Origin: Candidatus Hatepunaea meridiana
Lineage (GTDB): Bacteria > Electryoneota > AABM5-125-24 > Hatepunaeales > Hatepunaeaceae
Direction of reading: 5' to 3'
Assembly: GCA_030765125.1 (NCBI GenBank)
Contig: JAVCDD010000180.1
Span: 7,033-71,032 of the forward strand
Length of the DNA stretch: 64,000 nucleotides
Notes under the pieces: model-generated
Database searches by the model: none
Seen by the model: the letters and a program-made list of their open reading frames with translations, nothing else
Told to the model about the DNA's origin: nothing
Made by a program: the position numbers and the translations under genes
Shown here: one piece after another, positions 21,848 through 31,068 of the stretch
Position numbering within the stretch: the first letter of the stretch is position 1
Layout of the letters: every line of letters starts with the position of its first letter

Positions 21848-21918
21848 AAAACCAGCCTGATGGTTGAACTCTGAACTTGAAAACAGCCTAAGGGCTGGAC
21901 TCTGAACTCTAAACTCTG
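21848..21918. repeat. Family C elements: short hairpins followed by GAACTCTGAAC / (AACTCTR)3
   Basis: aaccagcctgatggtt+gaactctgaac is followed by cagcctaagggctgg+actctgaactctaaactctg. Relatives lie at 25747, 50886 and 63787. Confidence 0.65.
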
Positions 21919-21922
21919 TACT

Positions 21923-23830
21923 TCATATTCTGCAAGCCAGTTCAAAACCATCCCGTACCGCGCTGAATATATTTGCTGGTTTGTTAGCGTCACCGATGCT
22001 GTGAACGCTGATGCCTCTGGTTAGAAGCTGTGACTTTAAGCGGTTTTGGGATTTCATACCAATCGCTATTATAACGGTATCAAACTCACCTAATAGTGAT
22101 TTTCCTTTTTTCCCTTTTATAAACGCTTTATCACCATCGAACCATTCAACCTTCGTATTGGTTAAGATAGTAACGTCTTTGGATGTTAGGCTTTTCATCG
22201 TCATTTTCTTGTTGATCGGTATCATATCCCGTCCTACTTCTTCCAACATTTCAACAACGGTAACCTTATGACCTTTCTGCGCCAGAAAATCGGCGGTTTC
22301 CAATCCGACCATACCACCACCTATTATGAGCGCATTTTGACCGATCTTCTCTTTCTCGAAAAGGACGTCATCGCTGAACAGTACTTTCCCCATACCCTTG
22401 ATCTCCGGTATTATCGGGATTGATCCTGTTGATAGAATCACATGATCGGGCTTTTCCCACAGGATATCCTCAGCGGTGGCGTGTTGGTTCAGTTTAAGCG
22501 TTACACTGCTATGCTTTATCTTATTTATCAACCCATCAAGAGGCTTTTTCATCATAGTTTTACCGGGTGGAATTACCGCAGATCTGAATTGACCGCCAAG
22601 CTTTCCCTCATCGAATAGAATGACGTTATGACCTCGTTTATCGGCGGTAACAGCCGCCTGGATACCGGCAGGACCGCCGCCAATAATCACGACCTTTGCG
22701 GGTTTTACGGCAGGTTCTACAGCTTCTGTTTCAAATCCTGCTTCAGGGTTAATCAAACAGCCTATACCCTCACCGGAATGAACCCTGGCAAAGCAACCTT
22801 GCAGACAGGCTCCGCACTGTGCAACCTCAATGTCTCGATTCTCCTTCATTTTCAAAGGTAGGTCCGGGTCAGCAAGCAACGGTCTGCCGAGTGATATTCC
22901 GTCAACGATTCCTTCATTAATGGCATGCCGAATATCAGCCGGATCACCCATTCGACCGGCTACAAAGACAGGAATATTTACCGATTTACGAATAGCGCCC
23001 GCCCACTCCAGATTCTTACCTGCAGGCAGACTCATATATTGAAAATACCAGGGAGGTGAATCGCAGGCTGAACCACTGACGACATGCAATGCTGCTATTC
23101 CCTGTTCTTCAAGGAATTGCGCCAGATTCACTGCATCGCGAAGTGTTATACCACCTTCGATCATTTCATTAGCTGATATTCGCGCAATAATGGGAATATG
23201 ATTGCCGACGGTGTCCTGCACGGCAGCGAGCACTTCTCTACCAAAGCGATAGCGATTGTCAAGGCTTCCGCCATATTCGTCATTTCGGTGATTTGTGTGT
23301 GATGAGATGAATTGCGAGATCAGATAACCGAGCCCGAATTGCAGCTCAATAATGTCAAATCCGGCGTTCACTGCACGTCCTGTTGCCCTGGCGAATTTCT
23401 CGATGATGGTATTAATGCGCTCAATGCTCAGGACTTCAGGCGTCTCACCTGTGCTCGGACAGGTAACAGTTGAAGGGGCTTCGGGGGTCATCCCGGAAGC
23501 TTTCGATCTTACCGCTCTGCCACCGTGGTTGAAGTGAGCTACAGCGAGAGAACCAGCTTGATGAATCGCTGAAGTCAAGTTCGATAATCCTTCAACATGA
23601 TCATCTGTCATTATACTCAGTTGCTTGGGATGTTCGCGGCAGGCTGGATCAATGACAAGAGGCTCGATGATGATTGCAGCGATTTTGCCTTCAGCGCGAC
23701 GCTGATAAAAGGCGATGTGTCTTTCATTTACCATTCCATCCGGCTTACCAAAAGCGGTCTTCAAAGGCGCCATAATAAGCCGGTTGGATAAAACGGTATT
23801 CCCAATCTCTATTTGGGAAAAAGGTTCCAT
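21923..23830 (-). CDS. Old-Yellow-Enzyme-type NADH:flavin oxidoreductase fused to an FAD/NAD(P)-binding domain (2,4-dienoyl-CoA reductase / enoate reductase-like)
   Basis: A 635-aa ORF. The N-terminus LIMAPLKTAFGKPDG...HIAFYQRRAEG...HGGR is OYE-like. It carries a Cys cluster CGACLQGCFARV and two Rossmann GxGxxG motifs (VVIIGGGPAGIQAA, ALIIGGGMVGLETA). Confidence 0.85.
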   Translation of the reverse strand: MEPFSQIEIGNTVLSNRLIMAPLKTAFGKPDGMVNERHIAFYQRRAEGKIAAIIIEPLVIDPACREHPKQLSIMTDDHVEGLSNLTSAIHQAGSLAVAHFNHGGRAVRSKASGMTPEAPSTVTCPSTGETPEVLSIERINTIIEKFARATGRAVNAGFDIIELQFGLGYLISQFISSHTNHRNDEYGGSLDNRYRFGREVLAAVQDTVGNHIPIIARISANEMIEGGITLRDAVNLAQFLEEQGIAALHVVSGSACDSPPWYFQYMSLPAGKNLEWAGAIRKSVNIPVFVAGRMGDPADIRHAINEGIVDGISLGRPLLADPDLPLKMKENRDIEVAQCGACLQGCFARVHSGEGIGCLINPEAGFETEAVEPAVKPAKVVIIGGGPAGIQAAVTADKRGHNVILFDEGKLGGQFRSAVIPPGKTMMKKPLDGLINKIKHSSVTLKLNQHATAEDILWEKPDHVILSTGSIPIIPEIKGMGKVLFSDDVLFEKEKIGQNALIIGGGMVGLETADFLAQKGHKVTVVEMLEEVGRDMIPINKKMTMKSLTSKDVTILTNTKVEWFDGDKAFIKGKKGKSLLGEFDTVIIAIGMKSQNRLKSQLLTRGISVHSIGDANKPANIFSAVRDGFELACRI

Positions 23831-23857
23831 TATCTTTACTCCTAAGATGGGATTGAT

Positions 23858-23944
23858 AAATAGGGGGACAGTATACCTATTTCATAAATACTCTTTGAAA
23901 TAACGACGGTCAATAAAGAAATAGGTATACTGTCCCCCTATTTC
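23858..23944. repeat. Family A palindromic element, intergenic copy
   Basis: The arms aaatagggggacagtatacctatttc (23858-23883) and gaaataggtatactgtccccctatttc (23918-23944) sit in the 131-bp spacer between the Mrp-NifX stop and the OYE start. Confidence 0.8.
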
Positions 23945-23961
23945 CACTTTGTGGTGAGATA

Positions 23962-25176
23962 CTAATGATCACAGATATTCTCACCTGCTGTAAGTGTTCC
24001 ATCAAGATATGATTTTGCAATTACTTCAGGTGTTTCGCAAGGTCCACCGATGATGACATTGATGCCCAGTTGCGTAAATATATCTTTAGCCCGACCACCC
24101 ATACCACCGGCTACTACCACGTTGGTTCCATGCTCCTTAAGCCAACCCGGGAGCATTCCCGGTTGATGACCAGGAGGAGGTATATTAACGGTGTTCTTGA
24201 TTGAATGGCTGCTTTCATCTATGTCGACAAAAGCAAAGGTCTCACAATGACCGAAGTGTTCGCAAAGCTTACCTTGTGCGATAGGAACCGCAATTCGCAA
24301 TAGATCGTCTGTTTTCATTGAAACAGGCGGTTCTTTAATTACTTCAGATAACCCGGATGCATCTACAACCGGTATGGTTATCTGATTGACTATATCATTG
24401 AAAGCAGCCGCGGCGGCAGATGCCATAAAGCTCTTCAGATACGGATTCCCCGCTTCGGCAGCATCGGCAACCTGTTTGTCAAGAGGTATTGCACCCAGGA
24501 AAGGAACGCTCATCTCTGCTGCCATTCGAGCGCCTCCACCGGCGCCGAAGATGTTGACCCTTGCTCCGCAATCAGGGCATATAAAGCCGCTCATATTTTC
24601 AATGACGCCGATGACTTTCACATTCAACTTATGACAAAAATTGATACACTTACGAACATCATCTATTGATATTTGCTGAGGTGTTGTTACGATTATCGCA
24701 CCTTCCGGTTCGGGAAGCTTCTGGGCGATCGAGAGCGGTTCATCGCCAGTTCCCGGTGGTGAATCTATAATCAAATAGTCCAGTTCACCCCATTCTACGT
24801 CACTTAGGAACTGAGTTATCATTTTGTTCTTCAGCGGACCGCGCCAGATTACGGCGTCATCGCGATTTGGCAGCAGAACGCCGATTGACATAATCATAAG
24901 ATTATCGTTGTATTTAACCGGAAGAATCGTGTTCTCTTCCTGACCGATTTTAGCGTGCTGGTCCTGGAGGTTAAAGAGTTGTGGAATATTCGGACCGTGG
25001 ATATCAATGTCCATTAATCCGACCTTTTTGCCTTGCATTGCGAGCGAGGCAGCGAGGTTAGCAGCGACCATACTTTTCCCGACGCCGCCTTTGCCTGAAA
25101 GAACAAGTATCTTTTTATCTATTTTAGACATACGGTTTTTTATTGCTTGATCTTCGTGCGAGTTGTCTTTGTTCAA
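23962..25176 (-). CDS. Mrp/NBP35 (ApbC-like) P-loop Fe-S cluster carrier ATPase fused to a C-terminal NifX/NifB-like domain
   Basis: A 404-aa ORF with Walker A LSGKGGVGKS and the CPxC motif GFICPDCG. The C-terminal roughly 110 aa, EHFGHCETFAFVDID...VVVAGGMGGRAKDIF, is NifX-like. Confidence 0.85.
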   Translation of the reverse strand: MNKDNSHEDQAIKNRMSKIDKKILVLSGKGGVGKSMVAANLAASLAMQGKKVGLMDIDIHGPNIPQLFNLQDQHAKIGQEENTILPVKYNDNLMIMSIGVLLPNRDDAVIWRGPLKNKMITQFLSDVEWGELDYLIIDSPPGTGDEPLSIAQKLPEPEGAIIVTTPQQISIDDVRKCINFCHKLNVKVIGVIENMSGFICPDCGARVNIFGAGGGARMAAEMSVPFLGAIPLDKQVADAAEAGNPYLKSFMASAAAAAFNDIVNQITIPVVDASGLSEVIKEPPVSMKTDDLLRIAVPIAQGKLCEHFGHCETFAFVDIDESSHSIKNTVNIPPPGHQPGMLPGWLKEHGTNVVVAGGMGGRAKDIFTQLGINVIIGGPCETPEVIAKSYLDGTLTAGENICDH

Positions 25177-25230
25177 GATTGTTTCTCCTGTTGAATTTAT
25201 TGTTTTTTTATTTTTGTCCGCAGATTAATG

Positions 25231-25689
25231 TTACCATTTCACTAACACCCGATCATCATCCCCATAGAACTGCGGTGTCTGCAAACCGCTTATCCTATTG
25301 GATGTATCCATAACATTCTCAATGACATAGGACTTTAATTCACCGAGTGTTACTTTCAGGTCATTATTGCCGTCCGCTTTTCCTTTCAAACCTAACGCTA
25401 TATAATACGTAAACAATCCGGTTTCAGATTGGTCGAATCCGAGCGAAGTTTCGCTTCCCGACGATGAATTGATAACTGTGAAATTTGGGTATTGCAGCCA
25501 AGGTTTCTTTATCCGTATACCGATACCGATCGCCTTGTCGGGGCTGAAGCAGGCAGATATAACAATCTTCGAATGCCCATCCAGTGTTTTCCACAGTGAC
25601 ACATCGAATTCGGTTTCATCGGCAGCATTGCAGTTTACTACGATCAGGGCAAGAACGGCTATGATAAGGGGTAAGATTTTAAATTTCAT
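25231..25689 (-). CDS. Hypothetical secreted protein or lipoprotein
   Basis: The track ORF is 25231..25755. I prefer the internal ATG at 25689, which gives MKFKILPLIIAVLALIVVNCNA (signal/lipobox-like). It has weak motifs only: a WD40-like GHSKIVISACFSPD and a tail, DGNNDLKVTLGELKSYV...GLQTPQFYG, resembling the C-terminus of bacterial caspase-family proteins. Confidence 0.45.
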   Translation of the reverse strand: MKFKILPLIIAVLALIVVNCNAADETEFDVSLWKTLDGHSKIVISACFSPDKAIGIGIRIKKPWLQYPNFTVINSSSGSETSLGFDQSETGLFTYYIALGLKGKADGNNDLKVTLGELKSYVIENVMDTSNRISGLQTPQFYGDDDRVLVKW

Positions 25690-25746
25690 TGTGATCGTCT
25701 CTTTTATGAACCACAGATTACGCGGATTTAACAGATTATTTTGTTT

Positions 25747-25810
25747 AGAGTCCAAGCTTCAGCTTGTTTTAGCTATCTAACCAGCAAGCTGAAGCTTGAA
25801 CTCTGAACTG
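25747..25810. repeat. Family C hairpin element
   Basis: agagtccaagcttcagcttg ... caagctgaagcttgaactctgaactg. Confidence 0.65.
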
Positions 25811-26070
25811 AAAAAATCTGCGTAATCTGCGGATGAAAAACAATATCAATTTACTAAAAAACAATTCCAAAGTCAATTATTTCAATCCTTTCTATTGATT
25901 TTGAATAAATGTAATTCCAGCATTTGGTGTGCATACGTTGCATATATTAACAACGGGGAATAAAACCCAATCCTTATTGCGATATGGTTTCTAATGTAAA
26001 AGATATTGGCACGACTTTTGCAACAGAATATTACAGAGAAGAAATTCCCTCGGTTCATATGATGATTTGT

Positions 26071-26155
26071 CCGCCTAACCTGGAAACGCGGCTTGAGCAG
26101 GTACGGTTTACATGGTTAGGACGCGCTGGTGGTCGGCGCGCTTCCCGGTAGGCGG
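26071..26155 (+). ncRNA. Candidate structured RNA or leader upstream of the lytic transglycosylase (family unassigned)
   Basis: ccgcct (26071-26076) can pair with aggcgg (26150-26155). cctaacc (26074-26080) can alternatively pair with ggttagg (26114-26120). A GC hairpin cgcgc/gcgcg lies at 26122-26140. I could not match it to any riboswitch or SRP consensus I know. Confidence 0.15.
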
Positions 26156-26276
26156 AAAAAGTATGGGCTGAGGTTTTTTTATAGATCAATGCAGTCGCCG
26201 TTGGAGACAACTACAACTACAAATACCAATCAACGCCGGACATAATCCGGCGCTATTACTCTATAGGACAAAGAAA

Positions 26277-26891
26277 ATGTCGGAGAAATTCGAACCCATA
26301 ATAAAGCGCGCATTTCTGTTGTTGCTGGCAATCCTGATGCTTGCCGGCGCTGGGAATGCGCCTGAAAATAGAGCGGAATACCGCGAAGAGATGGCAAAGA
26401 TCGAGCTATTATTCGGTGAACTTGACGAATATAAAGGCTACCAGACATTGATGAACCAAATCGGGTTGGACGAAACAATCGAGGTTATTCAACTTATTGA
26501 GAACAGCGATTACCCGGAAATGGTTAAGGCAATTATTGAAGTTGAATCAGCGTGGAAAGTGAGAGCTTTGTCGAATATGGACGCAATCGGATTAATGCAG
26601 ATCAGAATGATTGCGGCAACCGAAGTTGAACCCGGGATTAATTCAAGTCAGTTGTATAACCCGACGGATAACGTTCGTATCGGTATCAGCATCTTTGAAA
26701 ACCACATGGCTTATTTTACAAACTACACCGATACCGAACATTGGGCGTTAACAGCTTACAATAGAGGGCGTACGGGAACGTTCAATCTGAAGCTTAAACC
26801 ACCTCGAACAAGATATTCAAACAAAGTGCTGGATATAAGATCTAACACCGGTTTTCACAGCATCGTAAGCGTCAACAATCAAGTGACATAA
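26277..26891 (+). CDS. Soluble lytic transglycosylase (SLT domain, PF01464-type)
   Basis: A 204-aa ORF with an N-terminal hydrophobic segment. The catalytic-region motif is IIEVESAWKVRALSNMDAIGLMQI, followed by ALTAYNRG. Confidence 0.8.
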   Translation: MSEKFEPIIKRAFLLLLAILMLAGAGNAPENRAEYREEMAKIELLFGELDEYKGYQTLMNQIGLDETIEVIQLIENSDYPEMVKAIIEVESAWKVRALSNMDAIGLMQIRMIAATEVEPGINSSQLYNPTDNVRIGISIFENHMAYFTNYTDTEHWALTAYNRGRTGTFNLKLKPPRTRYSNKVLDIRSNTGFHSIVSVNNQVT

Positions 26892-27067
26892 TGACGGTAT
26901 AATATACGTATATACAATATGATAAGAATGATACAGGATTAATTAATAACGGAATTATGACGCTTATAACTCCATAAATGCACTAATAAAATGATTGGAT
27001 TGAGTTAAATTTAGTCATCTATACATTGACTTTCTAATGATGAGATTTGAGATAATAACAACCGTAC

Positions 27068-30000
27068 TTACTTCAAGTAAATCAGACGTTTATTAACGCT
27101 GTTACCGGAATCGCTGAACTTAATCATGTAAAATCCGTTACTCAGACAGAGTGGTCGCCAGGTTAGGGTATACCAACCTGGATGGTGATGTTTGTCAACC
27201 AACGACGATACTCGCCTGCCGCTAAGGTCATAAACTGTAATCTGAACGGGTCCACTTGTCGGAACCGCATACCTGATAGTTACGCTCGTGTTAAATGGAT
27301 TTGGATAAGGAAAATCAACTATAAACTCATCGGGTATTATTATATCTTCAATTTTATCACTATTGTTGGTTACTATCCTGATGTTATATTGTGAAAAAAC
27401 AACATCGTTTCCATCAGTAACTTCGTAAAGAACGGTATCATAACCGGGCACCCAGTAAAGAATAGAATCATGAAGTGCGTTATCATAAATCTCAACTCGA
27501 TCTTCTTCTAACCAGCTCCAATGGTAATAAAGTAATTCATCATCCTGATCCGATACAAAAGCATCAAAATTACGGTAGAGTCCAACTTCTAAAGTTATAT
27601 TATGAACTCCATTACTCAAAATATGAATCATTGGGCGATGATTTTCATGATCAAAAGGATATGCGCCAATATCAGCAACAGAACCATCCGGATCGCGTTC
27701 ATCATCCGGCATTCCCGCGTCAATTGCAGGTGAGCTTGATCTGATACCATATCTATTTTGTCCAAAACCGATGAATTCAGGCGGAAGATACACATTACCA
27801 TAAATATCACAGGAATCTTCATTAGCATTAAGACTATCGAGTTCTCCAATACCTTCTGGAAATCTTCTAAGATTGAAATCACCAGCGCCATTACTCGATA
27901 TTAAATTGTTTCGTATTTCGTATAAATTGCCTGAAGAACCATCAACACCCCAAACAGTGTTATTGGTAATTATATTATTTCGAATAGAGCCCGTTCGAAT
28001 ATCGTTTCGAGGCGATAAACTAATACCATATAAAACATTATAACTGATCACATTATTATAAACTTGATAATTTGAGATTAAATTCAGAACCATACCTGAG
28101 CGATTATGAGTTATAATATTGTGATGAATCAATCCATACCTGATGATGTTTAGTTGTAACCCGCAACAGTAATCAGGAATGGGGAAATTCAGTCCATTTT
28201 CATAAATATTGTTATCAGCAACAATTATAGAATCCGAATAAATATAAACACCCATTTCCCTGCATCCGTATATACTGTTGTTCGTAATCACAACATTCCT
28301 GCAAAATCTAATAATCTGAATTCCAGATGTACAATAGCCCAATGAGCATCCCTCAACACTGACAGTAGTGCAACTATCAATATCTAAACATTTACTTAGA
28401 CAATATTCTATGCTGGAATTTGACAGACTAACTGACGATCGTCCCGTTATATCCAATCCAGTATATGCATTTCTTATCATAGCAGCGTTGATCTCAACAG
28501 GGTTATCACCCGGATGGATATATATTCCCTCCCAGGCATTGAATTGGTTTTGAGGACAATCGCCTCTGAATATAATTTGAGAATCTTCATTGCCTCGAAA
28601 TTCAATGTCACCGTAGACAGTCATATTCTGACGTATTCTATCACTTATATAATTCATTGTATCATAAGGTGCATAAGGGAAGATTATTTCCACCCCAGGA
28701 AAAATGGTTAGATTTTCACCTTCAGGCACGATCAGATTATCTAATGCAATATAAGGTGAATGATCTCTTGTCAGTTCACCGGATATTTCACCACCTAAGA
28801 TAGTCTCGTCAATTATGTCCACGGAAACGGTTAAAGTATCTTCGCCTTCGTCCTCATCTGTTGCTCTGATAATAAATGTAAAATCCTGTTCATTTTCAGG
28901 TACAACACCCGATACGGTTATGCGATCTTCCGCGTCGTCTCTACGTTCAATTTCCAGCCAATCAGGTAAGCCGATAAAACTGATATCAACTCGATCCCCA
29001 TTGTCAACTGCAATAGCCTCATAGTTAAAATCCCAATCACGGCTTGCCTGTGCATACCAATAAGATGTTATTACGGGCGATGGATCTACTCTATTGTCAA
29101 AGGGAATTGCTCCAATATCCGACCAAGTGCCATCCGGATCATTATTAATGTCAGGATTGCCGGTGTTAATACAGGGACTGTCCCACCTAAGTTGCACTTC
29201 ATAAGGATTGCCTCCTGTAAATAGCGGATCCGCTTCAATATCTTTATCTCCCAATTCAATACCTTCAACCGATGTACCATTGTTATAAAAACAATTATAT
29301 GAAGCGCTGACATTACTTTCCGATACTGCTAGACCCGTGCAGGTAGGTCCGTTGCCAAAAAGGATGTTGTTTGTAAAATTTATTTCTGAATCATCTTCTA
29401 TTCTCACTACTTCACCTTGAGATTCAGGCAGGCGAAACATTATGGTATTGTTAATAATATCAGAATCGATTACTTCATGAATTACCATTGAACTGCTAAC
29501 TCTATTTCGATAAATCTGAATGTTTTCCGAATCAAAACAATACATTATAGAGCTTATAGAATTATTATAAACGCTAATATTATCTGAAATATTTACAACA
29601 ATGCTAATTATTTTATTACTAAATATCTCAATATTATGACCGCCTGTCAGGTTAATCCTACCGCCCTGATTGTTATGAATTGTAATATTGCTATTGTTTA
29701 GGATACCCAGCCTAATATCAAGTCCCGTATTATTATGAATTTCAATGTTGTATGCACCGCTTATCCTAATTTCTGAAACACTAATTCGAGGTGATCGGTT
29801 ATTAGCAATGATACAATCTCTTAGTTCTCTGAAATCGATCTGTGTATTAATAATCAAATTATCTTGAAATTCAAATATATCCGGACTATTATTAGATGCT
29901 ATAACGATTCCACCTCTTGAGAATTCATTATTTGTTACAATAAACTCGTTAACATCAAAAAGTCGTATATGATTACATCTTGAGTTTGTGATAGTTATTT

Positions 30001-30409
30001 TGTCAAATTCACCCCTGATTATACTTCGAAATTCAAAGGTTCTGACAAATCTCAATGTTATTTCTTCACCCATATCTTCCTGGCTGCTGAATCCTCGCCA
30101 GCCATATTCGTCTTGAATAAAAGTAATGGAATCGTTTTCTTCTCCCAGAGCGATTAAACTTCCATTTATCCAGAAGCTTTCAACTGTTCTATATCTTATT
30201 TCAACACCGGGATTTATTAAAAGAGTATCACCTGCAGGTAAGAATGTTTCACCAACGATTAGGTAAGGGTTTCCTTCCATATCCCAAACACCCGACACCT
30301 CCCCCTCAACTTCAGTCTGTGCTACCAAAGAAAACGGCAATGCCATTATAAATAAGACAGAGATTCCCCTGAGGAGTGCTTTAATAGAAGTAAGGTTTGA
30401 TTTCTGCAT
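27068..30409 (-). CDS. Secreted parallel beta-helix repeat protein with He_PIG-like Ig domain and T9SS C-terminal sorting domain
   Basis: A 1113-aa ORF with signal peptide MQKSNLTSIKALLRGISVLFIMALPFSLVAQ. It has many N/I-rich beta-helix turns (NNxI, IxxNxI). GLPDWLEI...ITVSGVVPENEQDFTFIIRATDEDEG is He_PIG-like. The CTD, FPYPNPFNTSVTIRY...FYMIKF...RLIYLK, spans 27071-27313. Confidence 0.85.
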   Translation of the reverse strand: MQKSNLTSIKALLRGISVLFIMALPFSLVAQTEVEGEVSGVWDMEGNPYLIVGETFLPAGDTLLINPGVEIRYRTVESFWINGSLIALGEENDSITFIQDEYGWRGFSSQEDMGEEITLRFVRTFEFRSIIRGEFDKITITNSRCNHIRLFDVNEFIVTNNEFSRGGIVIASNNSPDIFEFQDNLIINTQIDFRELRDCIIANNRSPRISVSEIRISGAYNIEIHNNTGLDIRLGILNNSNITIHNNQGGRINLTGGHNIEIFSNKIISIVVNISDNISVYNNSISSIMYCFDSENIQIYRNRVSSSMVIHEVIDSDIINNTIMFRLPESQGEVVRIEDDSEINFTNNILFGNGPTCTGLAVSESNVSASYNCFYNNGTSVEGIELGDKDIEADPLFTGGNPYEVQLRWDSPCINTGNPDINNDPDGTWSDIGAIPFDNRVDPSPVITSYWYAQASRDWDFNYEAIAVDNGDRVDISFIGLPDWLEIERRDDAEDRITVSGVVPENEQDFTFIIRATDEDEGEDTLTVSVDIIDETILGGEISGELTRDHSPYIALDNLIVPEGENLTIFPGVEIIFPYAPYDTMNYISDRIRQNMTVYGDIEFRGNEDSQIIFRGDCPQNQFNAWEGIYIHPGDNPVEINAAMIRNAYTGLDITGRSSVSLSNSSIEYCLSKCLDIDSCTTVSVEGCSLGYCTSGIQIIRFCRNVVITNNSIYGCREMGVYIYSDSIIVADNNIYENGLNFPIPDYCCGLQLNIIRYGLIHHNIITHNRSGMVLNLISNYQVYNNVISYNVLYGISLSPRNDIRTGSIRNNIITNNTVWGVDGSSGNLYEIRNNLISSNGAGDFNLRRFPEGIGELDSLNANEDSCDIYGNVYLPPEFIGFGQNRYGIRSSSPAIDAGMPDDERDPDGSVADIGAYPFDHENHRPMIHILSNGVHNITLEVGLYRNFDAFVSDQDDELLYYHWSWLEEDRVEIYDNALHDSILYWVPGYDTVLYEVTDGNDVVFSQYNIRIVTNNSDKIEDIIIPDEFIVDFPYPNPFNTSVTIRYAVPTSGPVQITVYDLSGRRVSSLVDKHHHPGWYTLTWRPLCLSNGFYMIKFSDSGNSVNKRLIYLK

Positions 30410-31068
30410 GTTAGATTTCTACCTTTCATTATCACCATTGCCAAAGAAAACGAATTACAAATCTTGAGTTATAAAGTGGAAAGAAACAGGTTAAATTACT
30501 TGGTAATATAATATAATGAGGAAAAACGTTAATAGCAAGAGGTCTTAGGAGTGTCGCGTCTACTTAAGATAATCTAAGCAGGTGTAAAACAAGTGGAATG
30601 AAACACTTAAGTTAAGTATGATTAAGTCGTTTAAGATTAACTATTATTCCTTCAAGTAAACTAATCTTCATAATATCCATATCCCAAAAACTCACATTGG
30701 AACAAATATTGCAGCTATTTAACATAGAGGATGAATTGTACATTTATAATTATGTGATTGTTTGAGTATTCTAATCTACTGTCTTTCTGTATTATAACTG
30801 CGCAAGTTCAACCTCACCATCCAACAATAATATATTTACATAATCCGTAGAAAAATGCAATCGTTCAAATACAACGCATAATATGCACACATAATGATTG
30901 CATCACTTGTCAGAATATACGAGCTGAAATAGATTTAAATGAATCAGGATGCATAAAATGCACTGCAAACAAATATGCTCGTTTTTAAGAAACTAATCAT
31001 CCTGGGCACGGAATCATTCGCGCCTGAGGAAACTATATTCATCAATCACATTTAGCAAGGAGGACATC

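Noticed and set aside
20318-25176. Interpreting NifX/NifB-like domains as evidence of nitrogen fixation
   Set aside because: No nifH/D/K/E/N/B genes are in the window, and these small domains are widespread in non-diazotrophic anaerobes.
25690-25755. 22-codon N-terminal extension of the 174-aa ORF
   Set aside because: The internal ATG at 25689 starts a signal or lipoprotein-like sequence. The extension overlaps the family C repeat region.
26071-26155. Assigning the structured region to SRP RNA, c-di-GMP or c-di-AMP riboswitch classes
   Set aside because: Only scattered short similarities exist (GGACGC, CCGGTAGG), and the core conserved motifs of those families are absent. It is kept only as an unassigned low-confidence candidate.
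26285-26300. tRNA-like T-arm string gggttcgaat on the minus strand
   Set aside because: No complementary T-stem, acceptor stem or anticodon arm can be drawn, and it lies inside the SLT coding start.
26230-26478. 82-aa minus-strand ORF
   Set aside because: It overlaps the start of the lytic transglycosylase gene on the opposite strand and has no motifs.
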